Of a stretch of DNA of 64,000 nt, positions 18,879 to 29,054 are shown piece after piece (positions within the stretch are counted from its first letter, which is position 1; each line of letters starts with the position of its first letter). The position numbers were made by a program, and so were the translations under genes. Source of the stretch: an uncultured virus (IMG/VR IMGVR_UViG_3300020056_000010) (Duplodnaviria > Heunggongvirae > Uroviricota > Caudoviricetes); the IMG/VR virus record IMGVR_UViG_3300020056_000010; one strand, written 5' to 3'. The notes under the pieces were generated by a model, which saw only the letters and a list, made by a program, of their open reading frames with translations, had not been told where the DNA came from and did not search any database.

Positions 18879-20677
18879 TATGTTATCTTAATCGGTTTAA
18901 TGTTAATCGTTACATCTTCATCTTGGATAAAGAAGATTCTTCCGTTAGGTGACTTAATGTCGTCTCGTTTAGTTGTTGCCATCACTTTAATTCCAGCACC
19001 GGTATAGTTCTGCACTGTAAGTCCTGTTAAGTTAACTTCTCCAGTAGTATAATCTACTGTACCAGTTTTTGGTAGAACAACCTTAGGATCTACAGGATCG
19101 TTTGTTACGATTTGAATATTTCCTTTACCGTCGTCCTGCATGTAAACTTGAGTATTGTCATATGTGAAAGAGCCTGTTTTAATTGCAGGCTTATAATCTA
19201 TAAATCCAATTGTATCATCAAAAGGATATGGCTTAACTAACTCAGCAAAGAATTTAAATGATGGGTTTGCCGATACGCCTTTTGCTGGTGAATACAAGAT
19301 ATATGGACACGCGTCAATCTCGTTAGATTGAATTGATACGTCTACATCATCTATATCACCCGAAAGTTTTGATACGCGAAGTGTTTTATTAAAGTCATCG
19401 AGATTATTATTACTATAAGTTGTAATAGCAGATCTGATCTCTGTTTCTATTTGATCTGGAGATTTGCTTGTAATATTTGAATCGTAATACACGTCGATAG
19501 ACAAACAAGCATATAGGAATTCAGATTCAATAAAGATCGGTTCAATAGCAACAGGAGATCTTTCTCGTAGGAACTCAATGTATCTTGCAGACAATGTTTG
19601 CGATAGACTGTCTTCTCTTTCACCAAGATAAACTGAAATAGCAACTCGTCCAAACTTTGGAGGTGTAAGATCTTCACCACCGTAAGCAGAAACGGCTTTA
19701 ATTTCTGGGAAGTTTTGCTTCAATAGAATCTCATAGTCTGATGTTGTAATTGCTCGCTCTTGAATCTGCAGTGCTTTTGGCGCAAAGTAACGAATGCTTT
19801 CAAGAGATTCTCTTTCAGCACCACCTGACGCAGCACTAATTGTTTCAACAACAGCAGTACCACTATTCAATTCAAGACTAAATACATCAGCGCCATTTGG
19901 CTCTTCACCAGAACAGATTCTGTATCTTACTCGAACATCCTCAAATTCTAGAGGCTGCAGACCGAATCTATTATTACCGAAGTAGATAGTGTATCTTCCA
20001 TCAAAATATGGTTCTACATAGAATACTTTATCTGTTGGACCAACACCAAAGATATCATTCTTTCTTACAAATATGTTTTGGTTTTCTGTTTCTTCAGCGT
20101 CAACAAATACGACGATTGAATCTGTATCAGCATTCTCGTTTGAGAGGATAACACGAAGAATACCGTCAGCATCAACAAAATAACCTTCGCGTTCAAAGCT
20201 CGCAAGCATTTGACCTTCGAAGATCTCTACATTATCTGCAACAAATGTATTGACTGCAACCTTTTTAGCAACATAAGCTTTATCTGTAACAAACTCAAAG
20301 TTCTGACCTTGATATACACATTGGAACTGAGTATATTCTGGAATTGGAATAGTTTGGATTCCTGGCGTGTCGTTTGTGATTGTGATTTTAATAACAGCTT
20401 TTGCAGATCTTCTACTTCTTGGCAGATAGTTCAGTTCTTTAGCATGAGAAACAACCGAGTTCATAAGTACGGCTGAGTCGAGGAACATCTCGTTCAATGC
20501 CATATTAGAATAAAAGTTATTATGATAAGTGTTATATGCTAATACGTCAAGAAGAACACTCATGTTAGAGCCTTCAAAGTTATAGTCTTTGAATTGTGTT
20601 TGACTCTTCATATATTCTTTCAGTGACGATTTCACTGTTGCGAAATCTAATTCATTAATTTTGAGTTTAGATGCCAT
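18878..20677 (-). CDS. gp6: Baseplate wedge subunit gp6
   Basis: LDFATVKSSLKEYM...FKDYNFEGSNMSVLLDVLAYNT...FLDSA; QERAITTSDY. Confidence 0.92.
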   Translation of the reverse strand: MASKLKINELDFATVKSSLKEYMKSQTQFKDYNFEGSNMSVLLDVLAYNTYHNNFYSNMALNEMFLDSAVLMNSVVSHAKELNYLPRSRRSAKAVIKITITNDTPGIQTIPIPEYTQFQCVYQGQNFEFVTDKAYVAKKVAVNTFVADNVEIFEGQMLASFEREGYFVDADGILRVILSNENADTDSIVVFVDAEETENQNIFVRKNDIFGVGPTDKVFYVEPYFDGRYTIYFGNNRFGLQPLEFEDVRVRYRICSGEEPNGADVFSLELNSGTAVVETISAASGGAERESLESIRYFAPKALQIQERAITTSDYEILLKQNFPEIKAVSAYGGEDLTPPKFGRVAISVYLGEREDSLSQTLSARYIEFLRERSPVAIEPIFIESEFLYACLSIDVYYDSNITSKSPDQIETEIRSAITTYSNNNLDDFNKTLRVSKLSGDIDDVDVSIQSNEIDACPYILYSPAKGVSANPSFKFFAELVKPYPFDDTIGFIDYKPAIKTGSFTYDNTQVYMQDDGKGNIQIVTNDPVDPKVVLPKTGTVDYTTGEVNLTGLTVQNYTGAGIKVMATTKRDDIKSPNGRIFFIQDEDVTINIKPIKIT

Positions 20678-21094
20678 TTATCTTGTCCTCTCTAGAAATA
20701 CGTCAACTGATATTGGATTTGATTGGTTGCGTATCATAAATTCAACACGAACTCTTACAGTATTATCGTCAACTAGAGAGGATACTGTTACATCTAGTAA
20801 TTCAGCTCTAGGCTCGTAAATATCTAGTGTTGTTCGTACTTGATCTTCGATTGTTTTTAAAACGCCGGGCGTTATATTTTCAAATAGCATGGCTTTGAGA
20901 TGACCACCAAGATTTGGTTGCATCAATCTTTCACCACGATCAGTAAGTAATAGATTTTTAATTGCTTCTTTTACAGACTCTTCGTCTTTGCGCACTGTCA
21001 GATCAGAAGACACAGGACTTTTCTCCATATCCTTTTTAAAATCGGAATATATGGAGATCTTTTTAGTTCTACCTGTTAATAGTTCTATTGTCAT
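20678..21094 (-). CDS. gp25: Baseplate wedge subunit gp25
   Basis: SVKEAIKNLLLTDRGERLMQPNLGGHLKAMLFE...YEPR motif. Confidence 0.92.
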   Translation of the reverse strand: MTIELLTGRTKKISIYSDFKKDMEKSPVSSDLTVRKDEESVKEAIKNLLLTDRGERLMQPNLGGHLKAMLFENITPGVLKTIEDQVRTTLDIYEPRAELLDVTVSSLVDDNTVRVRVEFMIRNQSNPISVDVFLERTR

Positions 21095-22719
21095 ACTGAC
21101 GTACCTAGTTGTTTTTGTTCTAGTGCTTTAAATTCTTCAGACTTCCACATTCTTGTTGGGCCTTTATCAATATGAATAAATCCTTTATAACGGCCAAACC
21201 CTCTAAAACCTACTTCTTTTGCTAGATCTACAAAATCATAAGCTTCTTCAGAAACTGGTGTGCTTTCTCTATTCCAACCAGCCCATGTAATATCAAAAGC
21301 CATTCCCTTAGTGTGCTGACCATTAAGTGTAGTAGTTTTACCAGCGTCATAAAGTTTTTTCTGATACTGCATACTTCTCCAACAGCTGTTTACGATAAGA
21401 CGCTTACCGACTTTAGCCTGAAGTTTCATGAGCATAGCTTTTACTTCAGGATCAGTTTGTGTCCATCCAGCACTTCCAAGAGCCGCTACCCAACCACCTT
21501 GAATACCAATCTTAGGATGTTTATTATCTTTAATTTCTTCCCAAGTTGGCACTCCTTCATACTCTTGAGTTGTTGGAGGCGGTACATTACCTTTTTGTTC
21601 AAATTTCTCTCTTGATTTATTTATTCTTTCTTTGCGTACCTCATCTTCTAATCTGATAGCTCCAGCTCTAATAGCCTCACCTTTTACTCGATCTGACACA
21701 TTTTTTAGTGTATAAAACACTTCTTCGTAACGATTTGAAAAGTCGTTGAGTGGATCTTTTAGTTTATTAATCACACCTTCAATACCAGTAATCAAACCAC
21801 AGATTTTTGCAATTAAAAGTTGTACCTCTTCAAGAGATGGGTTTTCGAAAACACTCATAGCATAATCAATTTGAGCTCTAAGTTTCTTACCAAGATTCTT
21901 AATATTTTCTTCATCAAAGAATTCTAATATTTCGTGTTTAAGCTGAGTAATTCTTTTTACAATTTTGTCGTTGACAAATGTTTCGATTTGTCCCATAATA
22001 TTCTCAACACTAAAGTTTTTAATAGCATTCTCTACACGCTTTACGATTTTTTCAAATGCTTTTTCTACCTTTTCTTTAATAGCTTCAATAAGAGCTTTTA
22101 CTTTAATTTTTTCAAATAATGCTTTAAGCTCATCTTCAACATTACGTATCTTTGCAAGGAATGTAAAGGCATCCTGAATCAAACCATCGATATCATCAAG
22201 TAGATCAAAAAAAGCATCGATAGCCGCAAATATATTCGGCATAAGTGCACAAAACTTTCCTAGAATACTATTCGAAGAAGACCCAGTATAATAATAGTTA
22301 AGCTCAGATACAATCTGCGCAGGCTTTGTATTATAAAGGTTTTCAATAGAGGTGGGTGTATGATTAAACTCTCTTAAATACTCAGCATATTCTAAAGGAG
22401 TAATAGGACCACGATTTAATCTATATTCTAATACTTCATTATCATCTGCACCAATGTAAGTCTGCGCGATATCTCTTTTTAAGAAGTCAGTATTAAATTT
22501 AGAAAGAGAATCGTAAAAGTTTGGAAATCTTTTTACAGATTGAATTAAAACATTTTCAGAAGTGTCCTCGATCATGCTTGCTCTGAAATTAGCTTCAATC
22601 TGATCAAGAGCGCTAATCGTAAGCTCACCTCTACCGTTTACACCAGAAAGCTTCGTGGTTGTATCTACCTGTTGGCCAGGATTTAAACACTGTTCCATGC
22701 CACAACATTTACACGTCAT
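21091..22719 (-). CDS. Helical tail-associated protein with C-terminal peptidase M15 (Zn D-Ala-D-Ala peptidase-like) domain
   Basis: C-terminal VNSCWRS...GQHTKGMAFDI...GFIHID carries the M15 His-x6-Asp...His Zn ligands; long helical N-terminal part. Confidence 0.75.
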   Translation of the reverse strand: MTCKCCGMEQCLNPGQQVDTTTKLSGVNGRGELTISALDQIEANFRASMIEDTSENVLIQSVKRFPNFYDSLSKFNTDFLKRDIAQTYIGADDNEVLEYRLNRGPITPLEYAEYLREFNHTPTSIENLYNTKPAQIVSELNYYYTGSSSNSILGKFCALMPNIFAAIDAFFDLLDDIDGLIQDAFTFLAKIRNVEDELKALFEKIKVKALIEAIKEKVEKAFEKIVKRVENAIKNFSVENIMGQIETFVNDKIVKRITQLKHEILEFFDEENIKNLGKKLRAQIDYAMSVFENPSLEEVQLLIAKICGLITGIEGVINKLKDPLNDFSNRYEEVFYTLKNVSDRVKGEAIRAGAIRLEDEVRKERINKSREKFEQKGNVPPPTTQEYEGVPTWEEIKDNKHPKIGIQGGWVAALGSAGWTQTDPEVKAMLMKLQAKVGKRLIVNSCWRSMQYQKKLYDAGKTTTLNGQHTKGMAFDITWAGWNRESTPVSEEAYDFVDLAKEVGFRGFGRYKGFIHIDKGPTRMWKSEEFKALEQKQLGTSV

Positions 22720-24778
22720 AGGAACCTCCAGTTTCAGGTTTAGAAGTTACGGTAGTAGATGCTTTCTCATAGTTACTTTTAATCTCATCAAGCACTTTCT
22801 CAAATTCTCCAACAGTAATCTTAGCATTATTCTTCACCAGTTTACCATCAGCATAAATTGGCTTAGAGTATCTGCTTTGACCAGCCTTTGGACCGTTTAC
22901 AATTGGAAGTGAAGCCCACTCTGCAGCAAGATTATTTGCAAAGGTTGTTCTAGATATCTTACCGCTGAGATATCCGTCAAGACCGCGGAATCTAAGTAAT
23001 TCTACAGCCATCTTATCTTGGTTAATCGGACTAAATTTATCACCCAATCCTAGACCTGCTTTTGCATATAGTGGATCGCCAGGAGGTGGCGGATCATTGT
23101 CATCGTTGTCATATCCACGGAGAGTATCTTCCATGATTTGATATCTGCCCATAGCCTCTGAACCTGAAGCGTTATCAACAGATTCTTGATATTGAAGAAC
23201 CTGTCCAATAGTCATAGTTGTGATTGGTCTAGATGGGCGCAATGCTCGATCAATTAGTCCTGATACAGCATTATATCCACCATCCTGATCTCCTTCAAAT
23301 CTTGCAATAAGATTTAGAAGAGGAGTCAAACTACTTTGCATTGCTGCCGTTGCAGGAGTAGTTGATGCAAGAGTTTCTGTGGTGGATACTGTTTCACCAG
23401 AATGGTCAGGTGAAGATGCACCGGCACTACCACGAGATCCGGTGTCTTTATTTGTTTGTAGGTTAACGCCTTTCTCAGGAGGCTCTGGAGCTTTAACGGG
23501 CTGTGCCTTGGTATCCATACCACCAGGTCTCGTGACATCCTGCGCGTCTCTAGCAGGATCTGCACTGCCCTCAGCCATGCGAACAAAGTCGTCAATAAAT
23601 GTTGTAGTACCACGAACCATCACATAACCATCAGAACTGACTCTTAACTCAGCATCTCCTTTGAGATCAAATGAGTCTGTACCTTGGAATCTTACGTCAG
23701 CACCTTTGATCTTAAAGTCTTCTGCTGAATCCATAGCAAATAATTTATCAGAATGCCAAAGCATTTCTTCTGACGCAGTACCAAATATTTTTGGTGCCTG
23801 AATACCGATACCTTGTCCGGCTTCTATCTGGGTTTCTTTCTTCGAAAGAAAAGACATGTAGCCAGCATTAGCTTCTACCTTTACCTGTCCTGCTCTCATC
23901 TGTAGGTTTTCAGATCCATTGATAATTGTTTCAGGTCCGCCTACACCGAGATAATAATTACCATGTACAATTTGTTTTAGATCTCCTTGGATCTCTTCTA
24001 CTTTATGGCCTTTTACGTAGACATGTGCATCACCATTAATTGTAACAGTACTTGCATTACCAACTAATACGTGCTGTTTTCTATCAATGACTTCATATTT
24101 GTCTGATCTTGATTTTTCTGTAACAGTACCACGAGAATCGATCTGTACATAAGAACCTTCCTTATGCCAGACAGTAATTCTTTCTGAGCCGGGAGTATCA
24201 TCAAGCTCAATAGTATGCACACCACTTTCGATTACTTTATTATGTGGATATTCAGTATCATATGCTGGTGCGGGTTCATCCCATGTTTCGTCTGAATCTG
24301 CTACCTTAACATTTAAGGCTCTACCCATCTCCCATTCAACAAGATTTGTTTCGTGTAAATATTCACCACGGGCTAGTTTAGAAACGTCGTGTTGCCCGAT
24401 ACTTTCTGGCTCAGATCCTTTAGCAAGAAGGTGGGCGTCTTTTGGTGGAATAGTTCCCCAGCCATTTTTTTCTGGATCAATACCATCAAGATTCTGAGTT
24501 GGAATTGTACCAATAATCATAGGTTGCTGAGCATGTCTTCCGTCTAGGAATAAACCAAACACCCATTTATTTGTCTTTGCGCCGTGGAAAACGTTTGCGT
24601 CATAAGCACCTGAAACAAGAACAGCCCAAGGCAACTCATCGTCAGGTATATCTTTATTTGTTCCATGTATACCGAACGCACGTACCTGCACACGCCCTTC
24701 TTTACGAGGGTCGACTGTGTTTGCAATAACACCCACAAACCACAATGGGTCGCGTATTCCTATACCGTAATCAGGCAT
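22709..24778 (-). CDS. gp5: Baseplate hub/central spike gp5 with C-terminal lysozyme-like domain
   Basis: OB-fold WFVGVI...DPRKEGRVQVRAFGIH; YPHNKVIESGVHTIELDDTPGSERI; beta-helix; C-terminal LIARFEG...GYNAV...AMGRYQIM...QDKMA...EWASLP muramidase. Start placed at ATG 24778 (MPDYG). Confidence 0.88.
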   Translation of the reverse strand: MPDYGIGIRDPLWFVGVIANTVDPRKEGRVQVRAFGIHGTNKDIPDDELPWAVLVSGAYDANVFHGAKTNKWVFGLFLDGRHAQQPMIIGTIPTQNLDGIDPEKNGWGTIPPKDAHLLAKGSEPESIGQHDVSKLARGEYLHETNLVEWEMGRALNVKVADSDETWDEPAPAYDTEYPHNKVIESGVHTIELDDTPGSERITVWHKEGSYVQIDSRGTVTEKSRSDKYEVIDRKQHVLVGNASTVTINGDAHVYVKGHKVEEIQGDLKQIVHGNYYLGVGGPETIINGSENLQMRAGQVKVEANAGYMSFLSKKETQIEAGQGIGIQAPKIFGTASEEMLWHSDKLFAMDSAEDFKIKGADVRFQGTDSFDLKGDAELRVSSDGYVMVRGTTTFIDDFVRMAEGSADPARDAQDVTRPGGMDTKAQPVKAPEPPEKGVNLQTNKDTGSRGSAGASSPDHSGETVSTTETLASTTPATAAMQSSLTPLLNLIARFEGDQDGGYNAVSGLIDRALRPSRPITTMTIGQVLQYQESVDNASGSEAMGRYQIMEDTLRGYDNDDNDPPPPGDPLYAKAGLGLGDKFSPINQDKMAVELLRFRGLDGYLSGKISRTTFANNLAAEWASLPIVNGPKAGQSRYSKPIYADGKLVKNNAKITVGEFEKVLDEIKSNYEKASTTVTSKPETGGSYDV

Positions 24779-26183
24779 TTCCTTGATCCGTTCTACTATC
24801 AGTTGCAGACCAATCAAACTTTACCAGAAGAAGAGAAGTTGTAAGTTCTCCATGTTTCATCTGATGACTTGTGGTCTTAATCATATATTTACCACCAAGA
24901 GTATCATTTCTTTTTGAGTCAACATTCAACTGAGCAATATCTAATTGAATGATTTCACCAGGACGTAAATCCAATCTACCCTTAAGTGCAGCTTTTACTT
25001 GTACATTATTTAAGTGGTGATAATAAGAAACTCTGTTCTGCGTAATCGTAGGAACAAATCTTTCTGCTCTAATATTAGATTTAATATCACCAACGCTTTG
25101 GTAATCTTTATATACTACAAAATGTCTTGCATTTTCTTCAGTAAAAGTTTCATCTCTAAAAGCTTGTGTATGTGGCTGAGCATCAGGGCGGCTTTGACGG
25201 GCTTGGTTACCGCTGAAGTCCATATAATCGGCGTCTTCATCATAATTAAAATTATAGTCTGTAACTTGTTTTCTTACAATGTCAATCTCTGTTACTCTGC
25301 TTCTATAAGCTCCTGAAAAAATATCGGTGGCCGTATCCAAACCTTTATTTACAACTTGTAGTTGCTCAATTCTTTCGAGTTGAGCTAAAGGTCTATTTGG
25401 ATCCATACTACCAACAGGACCGTAATATAAATGCTTAATTTTCCCAGCATTATGTTTATGAATAAAGAACTCGTCTGTTACCCAATAATAAGATTCGAGA
25501 GTCTCAAAGAATCTATATGTACATGAAGGAACATTTGTATTGAATCCCATGCTTGCAAGTAAATTCATTGTGTAAGCTGGTGTATAACGTGGTATAGTTA
25601 AACCAGTTGCCGAAAAAGTATCCTGAAGATAAAACTTTCTTTGTCCAAAATCTTCTTCAACAATGGTAGATTCTGTAAGGTCGTATCTCTTAGCAGATCT
25701 CATTGTAAAATCTTGGCCATACAGTTGATCTATTTCAGTTTCCCCACCTACCTTTGCGTAATAAGTTTGAAATACTCTTTTTGCAATCTCGTGTATTTGC
25801 CCATTGTAGGCTTTGATTACTTTTCTTTTGTTGGCATTAAAAGTTTCTTTAGAAACAAAGTGCATTTTATATACAGCACCGTCTGTATTTTCCATAGGTG
25901 TAATGTCACTTATACGGATCACTCTTGTTTCTAAAACAACCTTATACGGCATATCAGAAGAAATAATTGTCATAAGCAATGTTTCTTCTGCGCGCAACGG
26001 CAAATTCTCAAGAAGACCAACCGTCTCCTCGATCTCTAAAAATCCCTGATACTGATGAGCTTCCATGCTCTGCGAAATCTCAAAGCCGGTAATAAACTGA
26101 GCAATATCCTCTACGCGTTTGGGATCAAACTCGTTTACAATCTGGCAGGATACGACTTCGCATTGGGATAGATTACGTGACAT
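24771..26183 (-). CDS. Putative baseplate hub protein (gp27-like)
   Basis: Lies between gp53 and gp5; LPLRAEE, YRFFET and C-terminal GRLDLRPGEII...GGKYMIK..SH motifs of hub proteins. Confidence 0.6.
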   Translation of the reverse strand: MSRNLSQCEVVSCQIVNEFDPKRVEDIAQFITGFEISQSMEAHQYQGFLEIEETVGLLENLPLRAEETLLMTIISSDMPYKVVLETRVIRISDITPMENTDGAVYKMHFVSKETFNANKRKVIKAYNGQIHEIAKRVFQTYYAKVGGETEIDQLYGQDFTMRSAKRYDLTESTIVEEDFGQRKFYLQDTFSATGLTIPRYTPAYTMNLLASMGFNTNVPSCTYRFFETLESYYWVTDEFFIHKHNAGKIKHLYYGPVGSMDPNRPLAQLERIEQLQVVNKGLDTATDIFSGAYRSRVTEIDIVRKQVTDYNFNYDEDADYMDFSGNQARQSRPDAQPHTQAFRDETFTEENARHFVVYKDYQSVGDIKSNIRAERFVPTITQNRVSYYHHLNNVQVKAALKGRLDLRPGEIIQLDIAQLNVDSKRNDTLGGKYMIKTTSHQMKHGELTTSLLLVKFDWSATDSRTDQGNA

Positions 26184-26440
26184 CAGTTATTTCTTAGTTT
26201 TCTAATAAATTCTTGTTCTATACGTGGCAAATATTCTCTATCAATTAAGAATATCTCTTTCTTATTTTCATTCAACGCATATTCTTCGTCATAAATCTTC
26301 CAAGGTTTCCACTCGTCTGGAATAATTCGTTTGATAATAATCTTACGACCTGTTTCAGTACGCAAGATAACGCGATCTTCTTTACGAAGATAAATCGTTC
26401 GGAAAGATTCTGGCGCTAGTTTGACAATTTCTACTGCCAT
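26183..26440 (-). CDS. gp53 C-terminal part (separate ORF)
   Basis: IYDEEYALNENKKEIFLIDREYLPRIEQEF resembles the gp53 C-terminus; in frame with the upstream ORF; own SD (GAGGT). Confidence 0.6.
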   Translation of the reverse strand: MAVEIVKLAPESFRTIYLRKEDRVILRTETGRKIIIKRIIPDEWKPWKIYDEEYALNENKKEIFLIDREYLPRIEQEFIRKLRNN

Positions 26441-26443
26441 CTA

Positions 26444-26818
26444 CTATACCTCTTTGTAATAATATATAATATTCTCGTCATTATCGTCTTTAGTCCAGTC
26501 GATAATGTCCTCACCTGTGAGTCCCGATGCTTCACCGTATTTGTCAATTAAAAATAAATTGAACTCGTGATTTGATTTAGGCCATTCGTGATATGGATCT
26601 GTAATATTGTTAGCCATATAAACTAGCCATTCATAATCTACAGAGCCATAATACCACTCTGCGATATCCTGTGCTCTTTCACCTTCCTTAACAGTGTAAG
26701 GCATATAAAGAAGTGGATTGTTTGTAACTTCTTTTGTAAACGTATTGCGGCGAGTGATGTCTTTAACTTTAACACCTTGGTACTCAATTTCTGGAAATTT
26801 TTCAAAATATCTTGTCAT
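26444..26818 (-). CDS. gp53: Baseplate wedge subunit gp53, N-terminal part
   Basis: YFEKFPEIEY...YTVKEGERAQDIAEWYYGSVDYEWLVYMANNITDPYHEWP (LysM-like gp53 motif). Confidence 0.85.
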   Translation of the reverse strand: MTRYFEKFPEIEYQGVKVKDITRRNTFTKEVTNNPLLYMPYTVKEGERAQDIAEWYYGSVDYEWLVYMANNITDPYHEWPKSNHEFNLFLIDKYGEASGLTGEDIIDWTKDDNDENIIYYYKEV

Positions 26819-27906
26819 GCCACCGTCGTCCCATTATTGTTACCCTGATTTGTTTCAGCAGGAGGGGGTACTGACTTTGCAGTCTTAGGTGGAGGAGTAG
26901 CAATACCATAATCGTGTGCTGTCTCAACCTCAAGCTCTGATAACTGTATACCAAGTCCTACCGCTGCTGGTTTACCACCTCTCATAATCGATACGCCACC
27001 TGTAGGTCCGTAATCAACTGTAATGTTTTGAATCATAGCTGGTTTAAATTTCATAAAATGTTCACCATTTACACCAAGCAAATAAATGTTTACTGTAGAT
27101 GGATATCTTAAAAATGCTGAATTGATTCCAAATAGATTTGCTGTTTGTGGTAAAGAGTGCTGTTTCAGGTGATAAACAATATTCTTAATTATCTCTGAAT
27201 CTCTTGTGTTATTTGGAAATAGCTCCCAGTTAAACTGGTGCTGTCTTAGATTTACACCTTCAAATGTAAGGGTTTCACGAGGGTTCAGAACCTGTCCAGT
27301 AGCATTGTTTACTGCACGAGCATAGTCACCCGGCAATGCTTTTCTTAATAGGTATTGAGCACCAGTTACGACGTCAGCAATATCTGTACCCATAGCATTT
27401 TTAAGTGCACCTTGAAGCTGAGCCATTGCGCCACCGCCACCCGACGTGCCACCACCTCCAAGCATACTTCCAACCGCAGCGCCCATACCTTGTAGAATTT
27501 TTGGAAGATCTCCAATAGTTTGGCCATTACCACCAGACTGAATATAGTTGTTTACTCTTGTAGCAATTTGTTCTACAAAAGGATCTCTCTCAAAGTTATT
27601 TACTCTGAGGCTCGTTTGGTCTGTAAGCTGCTTTGGAAAAGGTAACTCGATTGATGTTGTAGTTTTAAGTGTTGCTGCAACAGTTCTACCAAACTGATCT
27701 TCCGGTGCTTCAAGAAGTCCACGCGCGGTTCCCACAGAATCTCCGTCTCCAAATAAAGATTTGAAGTCGTATTGTTTGAACACCATAAGAATCTTATGCG
27801 GTTGGCCGTCTGAAGGAAAGCTAAAAAATTTTGGAGCTTTATCTTCTTCTTTTTTAGTTCTTAGTATTTCCGGTGGGGTAAATTTTTTACCGATTGAGCC
27901 GATCAT
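26815..27906 (-). CDS. gp48: Baseplate tail tube cap gp48
   Basis: NPRETLTFEGVNLRQHQFNWELFPNN..DS..IKNI...LRYP...ITVDY...LSELE. Confidence 0.8.
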   Translation of the reverse strand: MIGSIGKKFTPPEILRTKKEEDKAPKFFSFPSDGQPHKILMVFKQYDFKSLFGDGDSVGTARGLLEAPEDQFGRTVAATLKTTTSIELPFPKQLTDQTSLRVNNFERDPFVEQIATRVNNYIQSGGNGQTIGDLPKILQGMGAAVGSMLGGGGTSGGGGAMAQLQGALKNAMGTDIADVVTGAQYLLRKALPGDYARAVNNATGQVLNPRETLTFEGVNLRQHQFNWELFPNNTRDSEIIKNIVYHLKQHSLPQTANLFGINSAFLRYPSTVNIYLLGVNGEHFMKFKPAMIQNITVDYGPTGGVSIMRGGKPAAVGLGIQLSELEVETAHDYGIATPPPKTAKSVPPPAETNQGNNNGTTVA

Positions 27907-27924
27907 TAAACTGCCGCCTTTTTA

Positions 27925-27953
27925 TATAAATAGGTTATTATGATCTATTTATA
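27925..27953. promoter_or_regulatory. Pair of opposed T4-type late promoters serving gp4 (+) and gp48 (-)
   Basis: TATAAATA on + at 27925-27932 and on - at 27946-27953, in the 54-bp gap between divergent late genes. Confidence 0.75.
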
Positions 27954-27972
27954 CTGAGAAATGAGGCGGCAC

Positions 27973-28428
27973 GTGGCGTATGGTGGAAGGTTTAGACCAA
28001 AGAACCCCGTAAAATATAAAGGTGATCCAACAAAAATTTATTATAGATCTATGTGGGAGTTCAAATTCTTTCGTTATGTTGATGAACACCCGCATGTTTT
28101 ATGGTGGGCCAGTGAGGAATATGTAATTCCATACTATTCACCAATTGACGGTAAGAGGCATCGGTATTTTCCTGATGTTGTTGTTTGTAAAAAAGGACCG
28201 GATGGAACTCAATCTACTATGATGATTGAGATCAAACCAAAAGGACAAACAAGACCGCCGGATAGATCTAAAATGAAAACGGCTAAGGGCAACTTATCAA
28301 GGCGATATATTAACGAGGTGAAAACGTACGGTATCAATGAAGCAAAGTGGAAAGCAGCTCGAGCGTGGTGTGCACAACGTGGATGGACATTCCACATATA
28401 TACTGAGGACCAATTAGGAATCAAATAA
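27973..28428 (+). CDS. gp4: Head completion nuclease gp4
   Basis: AYGGRFRPKNPVKYKGDPTKIYYRSMWE...WASEE..IPY...HRYFPD...EIKP...NEAKW. GTG start at 27973 preferred over ATG 27961. Confidence 0.92.
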   Translation: MAYGGRFRPKNPVKYKGDPTKIYYRSMWEFKFFRYVDEHPHVLWWASEEYVIPYYSPIDGKRHRYFPDVVVCKKGPDGTQSTMMIEIKPKGQTRPPDRSKMKTAKGNLSRRYINEVKTYGINEAKWKAARAWCAQRGWTFHIYTEDQLGIK

Positions 28429-29054
28429 TGGCTGAGATATTTAGCAATATTCTATCACAAGGTATTAGAGCGGGTCAGATGCCTGCTCGTACAGCACAGG
28501 CTCGTGAATGGTATAGAGACCAAGCAAAAGAAGTTACTCGGTCATCTCGTAACAGAACTCGTGCCGATCAATTAATAAGAGAGATTCGTAGAGATGGCGA
28601 TAGACCACAGCGCAGTCAATTTAGACTAGGCGACATGTATCTTTTTACCTATGATCCAAAGCATAAAGACAAGCTTCCGTACTACGATAGGTTTCCTCTT
28701 ATTTTTCCAATAAATAAAGCTAAGGGTGGATTTCTAGGTATTAATATGCACTACCTACCGCCAGTATTAAGAGCAAAGTTAATGGATCAGTTGTATACTG
28801 TTACGACAAATAAACGTTTTGATGAGACTACAAGATTGAGATTGTCATATGATATTTTGAACGGTGCGGCTAAGTTTAGAGAGTTTAAGCCGACAATCAA
28901 ACATTATCTCAATGCTCATGTGAGAACAAAGCCAGCTTACATTTATCCAAGTGAGTGGGATGTTGCATTGTTCTTACCAACACAGAAATTTGTCGGTGCA
29001 AATGCTACTCAAGTTTATGCCGACTCTAGAAGAATTATAAGGGCATCACGATAA
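28428..29054 (+). CDS. gp2: DNA end protector protein gp2
   Basis: YDPKHKDKLPYYDRFPLI...GFLGINMHYLPP..R motif. Confidence 0.92.
   Translation: MAEIFSNILSQGIRAGQMPARTAQAREWYRDQAKEVTRSSRNRTRADQLIREIRRDGDRPQRSQFRLGDMYLFTYDPKHKDKLPYYDRFPLIFPINKAKGGFLGINMHYLPPVLRAKLMDQLYTVTTNKRFDETTRLRLSYDILNGAAKFREFKPTIKHYLNAHVRTKPAYIYPSEWDVALFLPTQKFVGANATQVYADSRRIIRASR

Noticed and set aside
26441..26446. Genome-wide TAG reassignment (alternative genetic code)
   Set aside because: TAG ends several clearly complete genes (the subtilase at 13971, gp26 at 30561, the gene ending at 62790) and long genes are not fragmented under code 11, so the gp53 double amber is local.
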